Positions 1-8,445 are shown, counted from the stretch's first letter. The stretch: 32,000 bases of DNA from Candidatus Scalindua sp. (GCA_031316235.1 JALDRA010000001.1:1350001-1382000), one strand, 5' to 3'. A program made the numbers and translations. The notes: generated from the letters alone by a model not told the origin.

Positions 1-361
1 CCACCATCCCACTGCCCTTCATCTCCTCAATGCTGTCTTTATAGAATCTATTAAAGGTGACTTCAAGTTTTGGATACTGTTGACAAAAATGATAATTGAC
101 ATAGGCCTGTTCAAGTGTATCCAAAGCACTGGATTCTTCAGAATTCAGATCCCTGAGAGAAACCTCGGTGCTGAACATAACGTGGGCAACTTCATGAAAC
201 GCCTCCTTGAGGATCATGAAGAAATCGTATTGGTAGTTTGGGAGCACTATCTCCTTTTTACCTGGAAGTGCATATCCGACGGGAACGTCTTTAAAATCGA
301 TCCGTATCTCGGGATCTAAAACTTGAACACATTTCACAACCATTTGGTGAATTTTTTCCAT
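1..361 (-). CDS. Partial CDS (first ~120 codons; continues beyond window start): hypothetical protein with an HExxH metallopeptidase-like motif
   Basis: Absent from the ORF track because it runs off the edge. Manual reverse-complement translation from ATG at 361..359 gives MEKIHQMVVKCVQVLDPEIRIDFKDVPVGYALPGKKEIVLPNYQYDFFMILKEAFHEVAHVMF... with no stop seen down to base 2. The HEVAH motif is at about nt 196-182. No family recognised. Confidence 0.45.
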   Translation of the reverse strand, partial: MEKIHQMVVKCVQVLDPEIRIDFKDVPVGYALPGKKEIVLPNYQYDFFMILKEAFHEVAHVMFSTEVSLRDLNSEESSALDTLEQAYVNYHFCQQYPKLEVTFNRFYKDSIEEMKGSGMV

Positions 362-484
362 ACTCAAGACCTCATAAACAGAAATTGATAAAATAGGGAG
401 GAAATCATGTGGGATTCCCGGGCATCCGATCTTACTGAAGAAAGGCAGAAATCCACCGTTAATTTCAGTAACATAGTGGATTGA

Positions 485-528
485 CCAATAAAGAAAGGCC
501 TTCTTACTCCATTTCGATAAGAAGGCCT
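485..528 (-). terminator. Rho-independent terminator candidate downstream of the cupin gene
   Basis: Perfect 11-bp inverted repeat AGGCCTTCTTA (496-506) / TAAGAAGGCCT (518-528) with an 11-nt loop. On the minus strand the stem is followed by TTCTTTATTGG. It lies about 80 nt after the cupin stop at 607. Confidence 0.55.
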
Positions 529-606
529 GAAACTATGCATCTGCATGAACTTGAACTGTCCACCAGACCGTTAACGTTTTTTTCTTATTTCCGCACGGAA
601 ACACAC

Positions 607-1044
607 CTACATTTCTTCACGAAGTGCGATACCCGTATTTAATAACTCGGGCGCATTCTCAAACGTCAGGTATTCAACCACTTCATCATGAGGATTATGA
701 AGCTGATGCCACGACCAGATAGGTACTTCAAAAATGTCTCCTGCCTCATAATTCAATTTGTGCCCCTCAACCACAACATACCCTTTCCCTTTGGTAACAT
801 ACGTTATTGCATGATATGTATGCCGATGTTTCCTCCCCTGTGACCTGGGAGTTATTTCAGAGAACGTCACACTGTATTTTTTCGATGGCAGATCTGCCAT
901 TGCAATTGGATGCTGTCTCTCGGCAGAAAACGTTTTATCGATACCGGTTTTTCTGACCTGCCGATGTATCAGTTTCTCCGGATCATCGGGAATCTGTGAT
1001 TTAAGGGTTGATCCAACCTTTGGAAAATCTTTTGCGGTAAACAT
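607..1044 (-). CDS. Cupin-domain protein (146 aa)
   Basis: Cupin-like core GRKHRHTYHAITYVTKGKGYVVVEGHKLNYEAGDIFEVPIWSWHQLHN. I shortened the track ORF (607..1167) to the ATG at 1044 because it is preceded by AAGGAGATATATAATG. The longer version also reads into the repeat at 1159-1270. Confidence 0.8.
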   Translation of the reverse strand: MFTAKDFPKVGSTLKSQIPDDPEKLIHRQVRKTGIDKTFSAERQHPIAMADLPSKKYSVTFSEITPRSQGRKHRHTYHAITYVTKGKGYVVVEGHKLNYEAGDIFEVPIWSWHQLHNPHDEVVEYLTFENAPELLNTGIALREEM

Positions 1045-1158
1045 TATATATCTCCTTACTTTGAGTGATCTGAAAATTCTGCTTCCCCTTGATTGCCATA
1101 CTCCCGGGAAAGCTTTCACCAGTTTACAATCGATACAAATCCATAATTGCAGTCCTGA

Positions 1159-1270
1159 TATACTCATCTCATACTGGATTTCGGATAAAATCCGAGATAA
1201 AATTGAGCGAGTATACCTTCACCAGGATTTGGTTTCCGGTAAAACCGAAAACCAAATCGGTTTTAGTATA
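1159..1270 (-). repeat. Two-hairpin mosaic repeat, complete copy (R1), reverse orientation
   Basis: TATACTCATCTCATACTGGATTTCGGATAAAATCCGAGATAAAATTGAGCGAGTATACCTTCACCAGGATTTGGTTTCCGGTAAAACCGAAAACCAAATCGGTTTTAGTATA. Near-identical to the copies at 6551, 28072 and 30774. GTATAC-type sites at 1158-1163 (ATATAC), 1211-1216 and 1266-1271. It lies 24 bp downstream of the glnN stop. Confidence 0.9.
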
Positions 1271-1294
1271 CCTGTTTCTTACCCGGCGGAAAAA

Positions 1295-3403
1295 CTACAA
1301 TGAGAACAAGATATCAGCATACGTTGGTACCGGCCACAGCCTCCGGGGGATAATTGCCTCCAGCTTATCAATATCTCCCCGCAAATCATTCATAGTCACC
1401 AATACTTTTTCCCTGTATTCAGTTGCCCGTTTAAAACCATGAGATACATCGTGTGGAATCTGGTATGCGTGCTCTAACTCAGCCTCCAGTTTCTCTGCCT
1501 TCCGATATGCTGATTCCAGAAGGGCCGAAACCTTGGCAAGCAGCTCTTTCTGGACCACCGAGGATCCTTTCACTGCTTCCAGATACTGGATCGTTTCTGC
1601 AAGCTCACTTGTATACTGTATAACTGCGGGGAAATACAGACTTTTCACCATATCAAGAGAAGCCCTGGCTTCGATGTTAATCTGCATAGAGTACAGATCA
1701 ATATAAATTTCATACCGGGCATGCACCTCTCCTTTTGTAAGTATCTTATACTTTTCAAACAAATCTATCGATTTTTTGTCAGTAAAATTCTTAAACGCTT
1801 CTATTGTGGTACGTAAATTCGGTAATCCCCGCCTCTCAGCCTCTCTGGTCCAATCATCTGAATAGTTATTACCATTAAAGATGATTCTCCCATGCTCCTT
1901 CATAATATCCCCGATGATTGCTTTTGTCTCCTGGTGGATATCCTTCGCTTTCTCCAGACGGGTTGCCATCTCATCAAGCGCTTCCGCCACTATAGTATTC
2001 AATACAATACTCGGACCCGAAATCGTATTTGATGAGGGAACCATTCGAAACTCAAATTTATTACCCGTAAAGGCGAATGGAGAGGTCCTGTTTCTATCAC
2101 TGTTATCTTTTGGTAAAGGAGGCATGGTATCAACGCCTATTTCAATGCTCATAGAGCTTTTTGAAGTTGCTTCCTCTCCCTTCGCAATTGACTCTAAAAT
2201 CTTCGTTAACTCCTCTCCCATAAAGATCGAAATAATTGCGGGCGGAGCCTCATTTGAACCAAGACGGTGATCATTACCTGAATTCGCTGCGGACCTTCTC
2301 AATATATCTGCGTGGCGGTCAACGGCCTTAATAAGTGCGCAGATCATAAGCAGAAACTGTGCGTTATCGTGTGGAGTCTTCCCTGGTTCAAGCAGATTCA
2401 TCCCGTTATCAGTGATTAACGACCAGTTTAAATGCTTCCCGGAACCATTAATCCCAACATAGGGTTTTTCATGGAGAAGGCAGACAAGACCATGCCTGAG
2501 TGCAACTTTATCCAGAATCTCCATGACAAGCTGATTTTGATCTGCGGCTATGTTTGTTGTGGTAAAAATCGGGGCCATCTCAAACTGCGACGGAGCAACT
2601 TCATTATGCTTTGTTGTTGCCGCAATCCCCAGCTTCCATAACTCTTTATCAACGTCCTTCATGAAATGGGCAATACGGTCCTTAATCTGTCCGAAATAGT
2701 GATCTTTCATCTCTTGCCCTTTTGGTGCCAGTGCACCAAAAAGAGTTCTTCCTGCAACGATCAAATCCAATCTTTTTTTATACATATCCTTATGTATTAA
2801 GAAATACTCCTGTTCCGCACCAACCGTTGAAGTAACTTTCCTGGCTGTTTTATTCCCCAATGCACGTAAAAAGCGAAGAGCCTGTTTTGAAACAGCATTC
2901 ATTGATCGCAGTACAGGTGTTTTCTTGTCCAGAGCCTCTCCCTTGTACGAACAGAACGCTGTCGGAATGCACAGGGTAACCCCTCCGGCTCCATCTTCTT
3001 TTAAAAAAGCAGGAGACGTATAGTCCCAGGTGGTATATCCTCGCGCTTCAAAGGTGGCCCTGAGTCCGCCGCTCGGAAGGCTTGATGCATCAGGTTCTCC
3101 CTTTATAAGCTGTTTCCCTGAAAATTCCATAACCACTCCACCCTGCTCGGTTGTTGCAATAAACGAATCGTGTTTCTCTGCGGTACTCCCGGTCAATGGT
3201 TGAAACCAATGGGTATAATGGGTAGCGCCTTTTTCAATTGCCCAATCTTTCATGGCATTTGCAATAACATCTGCCGCCCTCGATGGTAAAGAGACATTTT
3301 TATCAATAGACTGCTTGAGCAGTTTATACGTATCTCTCGGCAATCTTTTTCTCATCGTTTCATCATTAAATACGTTTAAACCGAATATCTTTGTGACATC
3401 CAT
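1295..3403 (-). CDS. glnN: Glutamine synthetase, type III (GlnN-like), ~702 aa
   Basis: Its length of about 700 aa and N-terminus (FGLNVFNDETMRKRLPRDTYKLL...ATHYTHWFQPLTGSTAEKHDSF) match type III GS as I recall it from the Bacteroides and cyanobacterial GlnN proteins. Start moved from 3457 to the ATG at 3403, which is preceded by AAAGGAGAAGAGGAATG. A strong promoter lies inside the longer ORF version. Confidence 0.9.
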   Translation of the reverse strand: MDVTKIFGLNVFNDETMRKRLPRDTYKLLKQSIDKNVSLPSRAADVIANAMKDWAIEKGATHYTHWFQPLTGSTAEKHDSFIATTEQGGVVMEFSGKQLIKGEPDASSLPSGGLRATFEARGYTTWDYTSPAFLKEDGAGGVTLCIPTAFCSYKGEALDKKTPVLRSMNAVSKQALRFLRALGNKTARKVTSTVGAEQEYFLIHKDMYKKRLDLIVAGRTLFGALAPKGQEMKDHYFGQIKDRIAHFMKDVDKELWKLGIAATTKHNEVAPSQFEMAPIFTTTNIAADQNQLVMEILDKVALRHGLVCLLHEKPYVGINGSGKHLNWSLITDNGMNLLEPGKTPHDNAQFLLMICALIKAVDRHADILRRSAANSGNDHRLGSNEAPPAIISIFMGEELTKILESIAKGEEATSKSSMSIEIGVDTMPPLPKDNSDRNRTSPFAFTGNKFEFRMVPSSNTISGPSIVLNTIVAEALDEMATRLEKAKDIHQETKAIIGDIMKEHGRIIFNGNNYSDDWTREAERRGLPNLRTTIEAFKNFTDKKSIDLFEKYKILTKGEVHARYEIYIDLYSMQINIEARASLDMVKSLYFPAVIQYTSELAETIQYLEAVKGSSVVQKELLAKVSALLESAYRKAEKLEAELEHAYQIPHDVSHGFKRATEYREKVLVTMNDLRGDIDKLEAIIPRRLWPVPTYADILFSL

Positions 3404-3445
3404 TCCTCTTCTCCTTTGGTTATACACTTTTTCCAATGTTGTGCG

Positions 3446-3475
3446 ATTATACACCACAATAAACTATTTTGTCTA
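3446..3475 (-). promoter_or_regulatory. Sigma-70-type promoter candidate for glnN
   Basis: Minus-strand reading is TAGACA (3475-3470), an 18-nt spacer, then TATAAT (3451-3446), about 43 nt upstream of the ATG at 3403. The -10 element sits inside the palindrome TTGTG-N11-CACAA (3439-3459). Confidence 0.5.
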
Positions 3476-3677
3476 TGGATACTTTGAAAAAATTGTGACA
3501 GTAGCAATAACCCTTTTTTGAATTGATTTTATCGGAGGGATTGTTCGATTTCGGGTTTCTGTTTGGAAATCAGGATTGATATCCTTGTAACATAATTGAA
3601 ATTATAGTAAAGTGATATATACTATTCTAACCGCTTACAGGAAACACCATTATGCAGATTCCCAGCAGGAGAAAACG

Positions 3678-4223
3678 ATGAAAAAATACCGGCACTCAAT
3701 TATCTTATTCATTATTCTGTTCGGATGTTCTCAAGGGAGCAAAGCTGACACCATTGACGATTTTATCATGAACATCAATCCAGAACTGAAAAGGGAAGAG
3801 GCGATACGGTTCGCAATGGAAAAGACCTTTGAAATGCAATCACAAAATACTCTTAAAAGAATCCTGACACTGTTTTCCAACAGTGCAGCTGACATCAAGA
3901 TCGTAGCAGAATCTATCGGATTGCGGCAGGAAATGTCAGACACAATTATTCATGCCCTTGGTTACATCTTCGCTAAAGACATCGTATCCGAGGGAATATA
4001 CGGCATTGAAGAGATCAGAGAATATACAGCACAGATAGATGCTGACAGGCAAAGTTTTAGAGAGATAATAGAAGGGATGAAATTGGAGATTGAATTGAGA
4101 AGAAGGAGAGAACGCAGTAAAATAATCAGAGAGCTGATCAATGCAGGCTTCCCGCCAAATATTGCAGAAAAGGCTGCCGAACTTGAAGAGAAAGATAATC
4201 TGCCGGCAAAGACTGATGATTAG
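3678..4223 (+). CDS. Hypothetical lipoprotein (181 aa)
   Basis: Start moved to ATG 3678, preceded by AGGAGAAAACGATG. The N-terminus MKKYRHSIILFIILFGCSQG has a signal peptide and a lipobox LFGC. The rest is charged and helical with no recognised family. Confidence 0.6.
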   Translation: MKKYRHSIILFIILFGCSQGSKADTIDDFIMNINPELKREEAIRFAMEKTFEMQSQNTLKRILTLFSNSAADIKIVAESIGLRQEMSDTIIHALGYIFAKDIVSEGIYGIEEIREYTAQIDADRQSFREIIEGMKLEIELRRRRERSKIIRELINAGFPPNIAEKAAELEEKDNLPAKTDD

Positions 4224-4385
4224 TTCCTTTTATTAAGCAAAAAGCGTTTAACGCGGCGGCTGGCAGGGAAACAAAGCGTCAACCACAAACACTCTCGAAT
4301 GGCCCTGTATTGCACCTGAGACTTGATAAACACTCAACCGGGATTATCGTTAGCAAGCTGGTAATAAACTGGCTGCAGTGCGTAT

Positions 4386-4418
4386 GGTTGAGCAGGCGAA
4401 AGAGCCACCTGCTCAACC
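4386..4418 (+). other. Strong hairpin in a 558-bp non-coding gap
   Basis: GGTTGAGCAGG (4386-4396) pairs perfectly with CCTGCTCAACC (4408-4418) across an 11-nt loop. It is followed by AAGGAG (4424-4429) and an 18-codon ORF at 4436-4492. Confidence 0.4.
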
Positions 4419-4682
4419 CGTAAAAGGAGAAGAAAATGTTTTTAACATTTACAGGAATTAAAACATTTTTCAGTTCCTATTTGTTCCCGTAAATTATTTT
4501 TTTTTTACACCATGGCAAAAAACGGGTTCAAGCAGACACTCCAAAATGAAGAAAATCAGAGGCTGCCCGCCTGATTGAAGCAGGAGGAGGGGGATCCCTC
4601 GCGGCTACAAAGGCAGGCTATATAGTTATTTAAACCAAAACTACCCATCTACCGCGTTGCGCTAATAATTCGTCAATCATCA

Positions 4683-4748
4683 GGTATACTCATCTCTCCC
4701 ATAGATAACGATACAGATCATCTGAGGGTGCCATCCTGAGATGAGCAC
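4683..4748. repeat. Repeat-family variant (R9): module-B termini in inverted orientation around a different core
   Basis: Begins GGTATACTCATCTC (4683-4696) and ends GAGATGAGCAC (4738-4748). The core holds an imperfect hairpin, TCATCTGAGG...CCTGAGATGA. It lies 34 bp downstream of the stop of the 461-aa gene. Confidence 0.55.
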
Positions 4749-4781
4749 GGTTCAGCACCTATTGTCAATAAAATCAGAACG

Positions 4782-6167
4782 TTATGAATTCGCCTGAATC
4801 CTTTGCCCCATCTGAACAAGCTCCGACTTCTCGATACAATTGCTTCTAAAATCAGGATTGGATAAATATTCAAAGAGGGGGCAAATTGCTTTTTTTCTAC
4901 TCCTCCTTATACCTTCGTCACGAGAATAATTGATAATTTTGGTGAAACTTTCCCACCTCGGAGAAATGCTCTCTACCTCAATCTTCTCTACTTCAACACT
5001 CCCTGCCTTTTCTACCCTTATACCATAGGTTAAAGAACGATTGGTGATAATGAGCAATGCGCGCGCTCTATCGAAGTAAATCTCTGGGAATCTTGGTCTG
5101 GCATTTCTAAACAGATTCATTGTCACATTAACTTTTCCAACAATTTCCTTTGCCTGTGTTATCGGAACGTCTCCAAAAAGAGAGAATGCATATGAAGAAA
5201 ACTTCTCTGGAGGCTGTTCGGCAATAATACGGACCTTGTGGTTCGGAAAAAGTCCGACCATAACGACTTTGTCCATGGTTTTGCGATAATCCCAGTAATA
5301 GGGTAACATTATACTTCGGTCATCCTTGTCTGGTCCATAGAATACATCCCTCTTTCTTTTCCCTTGACCATCACCTTTTCTGAAAATAACCCCTATTTCC
5401 CATAAGAGCTGTTTAAAATCATGCGACTTCGCGAACAGCTGAGGATCAAATCGGGCACTTAACCTGCCAATGTAAACTTCCGGATTACCCTGAAACATCA
5501 CTCGCACATTCTTCAAGGAGAATAGATGTTTCCGGCCATTATGAATAATTATATACTGAAAACTCTTCCCAAAATCCTCAACAATAGAGAGAGGAACATA
5601 TTCTCCCGATTGTAGTCTTCCCAGGCAATTCAACCGGGCATGATTCTTCACCAGACTAATGGCCGCCTCCATTTCAGCTTCGTTATCATTCATTACAACC
5701 TGAGAATCGATAAAATGATTAACAATCTCACCCATTGTGCCATGGTACTTTTCCGGCACTTCGTGTTGCATCAACGTAGTAAGCCATTTCTCAGGTATCT
5801 TCCCCCGGGTTGGAAAGGAGGAGTGCGTTCCTGTTGCAGCCTCTTTTTTTGGTTGAGAAATTTCTTTTTTTGAATGTAACGTCTGTATCTCTTGGATGAT
5901 TGTAACTGCTTCGCGCACGCTATCCTTATTTTGTAAGGCATGCAGATTGCCGATCCACGGTTTTACACGCAGGTGCCTCCCGCCGCTTCTCTTTAACAAC
6001 TTGAGATTTTTTACTATCTCTCTATCTTTGGCTTTGATGATTTTCGATTTTTCAGGATTTCCCGTTTGAGAAGCCTCTCTATCAATTTTCTTTTCAGTTT
6101 TTTTCAATTTCCCTTTCTCGACCTCCTTTCCTGTGCTTATTGACCCGTCCAGTTTGGGTGGCAGCAT
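4782..6167 (-). CDS. Hypothetical protein, 461 aa, Lys-rich N-terminus, no family recognised
   Basis: Long uninterrupted ORF with protein-like composition. The N-terminal ~120 aa are K/E-rich (KGKLKKTEKKIDRE...KIIKAKDREIVKNLKLLKR), followed by a globular part. I recognise no catalytic motif. Confidence 0.7.
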   Translation of the reverse strand: MLPPKLDGSISTGKEVEKGKLKKTEKKIDREASQTGNPEKSKIIKAKDREIVKNLKLLKRSGGRHLRVKPWIGNLHALQNKDSVREAVTIIQEIQTLHSKKEISQPKKEAATGTHSSFPTRGKIPEKWLTTLMQHEVPEKYHGTMGEIVNHFIDSQVVMNDNEAEMEAAISLVKNHARLNCLGRLQSGEYVPLSIVEDFGKSFQYIIIHNGRKHLFSLKNVRVMFQGNPEVYIGRLSARFDPQLFAKSHDFKQLLWEIGVIFRKGDGQGKRKRDVFYGPDKDDRSIMLPYYWDYRKTMDKVVMVGLFPNHKVRIIAEQPPEKFSSYAFSLFGDVPITQAKEIVGKVNVTMNLFRNARPRFPEIYFDRARALLIITNRSLTYGIRVEKAGSVEVEKIEVESISPRWESFTKIINYSRDEGIRRSRKKAICPLFEYLSNPDFRSNCIEKSELVQMGQRIQANS

Positions 6168-6550
6168 CAGGAATCATACTACAGATTTACCATTAACTTA
6201 TTCGCCGTCACTATGCGCCCCTGTATTCAGGACATTACCTGAGTACTATACAAAATATATCACCATTGTAAAACCTTTATTTCGTAAAGCCGCTGGCAAT
6301 CGCAGATCCTGAACCATATGCAGGCAGAAATCAGATGCACTGGAAAAAAGGGCAGTGAACTTGAAACCGGAGCGCACCGTTTAATGATGAAATATTGGAC
6401 AATCCCTGATTATCAGAACCGGAATGGCCCGTTTCATCAGCCGATATGTCCCTCCTGGTTTGTGTCAAATAGTGAACGTCAAGAATTTTGTAGTAATAAA
6501 AGCCCTCAAATGTTAAATAATATGGTGTTATCAAATGTGTGAAGCGAATA

Positions 6551-6692
6551 TATACTAAAACCGATTAGGTTTTCGGTTTTACCGGAAACAAAATCTTGGT
6601 GAAGGTATACTCGCTCAAATTTTTCTCGGATTTTATCCGAAAACCATTGTGAGATGAGTATACCATTAACCAGGCTTTGGTTCTTACCAAGG
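6551..6692 (+). repeat. Two-hairpin mosaic repeat, complete copy (R2, 6551-6662) plus an adjoining partial module-A-like hairpin (6664-6692)
   Basis: TATACTAAAACCGATTAGGTTTTCGGTTTTACCGGAAACAAAATCTTGGTGAAGGTATACTCGCTCAAATTTTTCTCGGATTTTATCCGAAAACCATTGTGAGATGAGTATA. The module-A stem carries two mismatches, consistent with a decaying copy. It is followed by AACCAGGCTTTGGTTCTTACCAAGGG, which matches the module-A variant seen at 27357 and 14820. The region ends 8 bp before the GNAT::deacetylase start codon. Confidence 0.9.
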
Positions 6693-6699
6693 GTTACCT

Positions 6700-8445
6700 A
6701 TGATCAGAATAAGAATTTTAAGAGATACCGGTTCTCTTTTATCCAGTGACCGGGTGAAACAGATTCAGGAAATCTTTGCACAAAGCTTCCCAAAGCTGGC
6801 AGGCTACGCGGAAAAGATTCCGCTGCTGATACGTGATCCCATCCGCAACAGATACTGTACAATCCTGGTTGTAGCTGAAGGCGCTCTGGGACGGGTGGAT
6901 GGGTTTGCCCTTGTCATGCATTTCCCTGAGATAAATTGCTGCTTTCTGGATTTCATAGCCACACGATCAGGATTGCGTGGCAGGGGAGTAGGGAGCGCAC
7001 TCTATGAGGCGGTCAGTGAAAACTGCAGAAACCTTTCCGTTAAAGGACTCTATTTTGAAGCGCAGCCTGATCTACCGGATTTGACCCCCGACCCATCAGA
7101 GTTAAAACAGGCAGGGATAACCATCCGTTTTTACGAACTGCACGGCGTAAGGGTAATAGAGAATCACGCATATTCTGTTCCTGTAGGTGATCCTCCTACA
7201 ACCGCCATTCTGTTATTCGACGGCCTGGGGATTACCCATACCCTTGCAAGGGAGGAGGCCCGGGAGGCGATTAAGATTATTCTTACAACCCGTTTTGCCA
7301 AGGCTACCGATTCAGAGTACGTTGACCGGGTTATTGAATCCTTCAGGGACGATCCTGTTAATTTCCGTCCTCTTCGTTACATAAAAGCCGTTAAGGAGCC
7401 CCTGTTAATACGCAATTTTAACTCCCCTCTCGCGTATACTTCCGTGTTCAGCCCTAAACACGAAATTCATCATGTCAAGGAACGTGGATATTTCGAACGC
7501 CCGATACGGGTGGAAGTCATTCGGGAGGTTATCGGCGACATTGGCGATTTTGTATCAGCTGCTCCGCGTGAATACGGCGAGAAATGGATCCTTGCTGTTC
7601 ACGATAAAATATTTGTTCATTACCTTCGTACGGTTTGCGCTTCACTGCGGCAGGGACGGCCTGTATACCCGGATACTTTTCCTATCAGGAGGCCGGATAA
7701 TCGGCCAAAGGAGTTGCCGGTACAGGCTGGCTATTATTGCATTGACACCGGAACTCCTTTGTACGCAAATGCTTACATAGGGGCACGCGCAGCGGTAAAT
7801 ACAGCCCTGACAGGCGCGGATGAAATCCTGTCCGGAAAACGGCTGGTATACTCGATATGCCGGCCTCCCGGCCATCATGCCGGAAAACGTTTCTTCGGCG
7901 GATTCTGTTACTTTAATAATGCGGCTATCGCGGCAAACTATCTCAGCCGGGAGGGAAAGGTGGCTATTCTTGATATTGATTTTCATCATGGCAACGGCAC
8001 CCAGGATATCTTTTATCACAGGAAAGATGTCCTGACCGTATCTATCCATGGCCATCCTGATTACTCATATCCCTATTTTTCCGGTTATGAGTCTGAAAGA
8101 GGGGAAGGGGAAGGAGTAGATTTCAATCGGAATTTCCCCCTGCCTCCGCGGACAGAGAATGATAAATATCTTCGTGTGTTTGATAAAGCGGTAAATTTGA
8201 TCTTGAACTTCAAGCCGGATATCCTGGTTGTCTCTCTCGGATTTGATATCCTTAAAGGAGATCCGACAGGCACGTTTCTTTTGAGTCCTAAAATATTTGA
8301 GAGTATTGGAAGCCGCCTGATATCGACAAAGAAACCTTTGCTTGTTGTTCAGGAAGGAGGCTACAACATCAGGGGCATACGCAACGGATCAAGAGCTTTT
8401 TTTAAAGGCTGCAGAGAAAAAAAGGGGAGTTCAATTCTCCATTAG
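6700..8445 (+). CDS. Fusion protein: N-terminal GNAT acetyltransferase domain plus C-terminal histone-deacetylase/acetylpolyamine-amidohydrolase family domain (581 aa)
   Basis: GNAT motif A is present (LRGRGVGSALYEAV) in the first ~175 aa. Deacetylase signatures are intact: RPPGHHAGKRFFGGFCYFNNAA, ILDIDFHHGNGTQDIFY, VVSLGFDILKGDP, VVQEGGYN. Single uninterrupted ORF. Confidence 0.85.
   Translation: MIRIRILRDTGSLLSSDRVKQIQEIFAQSFPKLAGYAEKIPLLIRDPIRNRYCTILVVAEGALGRVDGFALVMHFPEINCCFLDFIATRSGLRGRGVGSALYEAVSENCRNLSVKGLYFEAQPDLPDLTPDPSELKQAGITIRFYELHGVRVIENHAYSVPVGDPPTTAILLFDGLGITHTLAREEAREAIKIILTTRFAKATDSEYVDRVIESFRDDPVNFRPLRYIKAVKEPLLIRNFNSPLAYTSVFSPKHEIHHVKERGYFERPIRVEVIREVIGDIGDFVSAAPREYGEKWILAVHDKIFVHYLRTVCASLRQGRPVYPDTFPIRRPDNRPKELPVQAGYYCIDTGTPLYANAYIGARAAVNTALTGADEILSGKRLVYSICRPPGHHAGKRFFGGFCYFNNAAIAANYLSREGKVAILDIDFHHGNGTQDIFYHRKDVLTVSIHGHPDYSYPYFSGYESERGEGEGVDFNRNFPLPPRTENDKYLRVFDKAVNLILNFKPDILVVSLGFDILKGDPTGTFLLSPKIFESIGSRLISTKKPLLVVQEGGYNIRGIRNGSRAFFKGCREKKGSSILH

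Noticed and set aside
364-546. Track ORF 364..546 (-) and a 25-codon plus-strand ORF at 407-484 preceded by GGGAGGAAATCATG
   Set aside because: The minus ORF spans the terminator hairpin and lacks an RBS. The 25-codon ORF has a good SD, but it is too short and unconserved-looking to call without expression or conservation data.
1061-1442. Track ORFs 1061..1303 (+) and 1089..1442 (+)
   Set aside because: Both are largely translations of the repeat copy at 1159-1270, which is open in two frames in this orientation. They then run antisense into the glnN 3' end. No RBS is present. The same peptide strings recur wherever the repeat occurs.
1881-3521. Plus-strand ORFs 1881..2270, 2432..2641 and 3252..3521
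   Set aside because: They are antisense to the well-supported type III glutamine synthetase gene, with odd composition and no RBS. 3252..3521 also spans the glnN promoter.
4224-4781. Whether the large non-coding gap encodes tmRNA, RNase P RNA, SRP RNA or 6S RNA
   Set aside because: I found none of the conserved tmRNA tRNA-like ends, RNase P core strings or the SRP domain IV GGAA/AGCA motif by eye. A GCTGGCAGGG string resembles the E. coli 4.5S 3' end, but nothing else matches. The question stays open pending a covariance-model search.
6318-6542. Mutually overlapping opposite-strand ORFs 6318..6542 (+) and 6331..6534 (-)
   Set aside because: Neither has an RBS or recognisable domain. They occupy the upstream non-coding region of the 461-aa gene. 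Mirror-image ORFs of this kind are typical chance products.
7187-8273. Internal and antisense ORFs within the GNAT::deacetylase gene (7187..7384, 7472..7780, 7642..8055, 7820..8035, 8085..8273)
   Set aside because: They are alternative frames of a CDS whose main frame carries complete, conserved deacetylase motifs.
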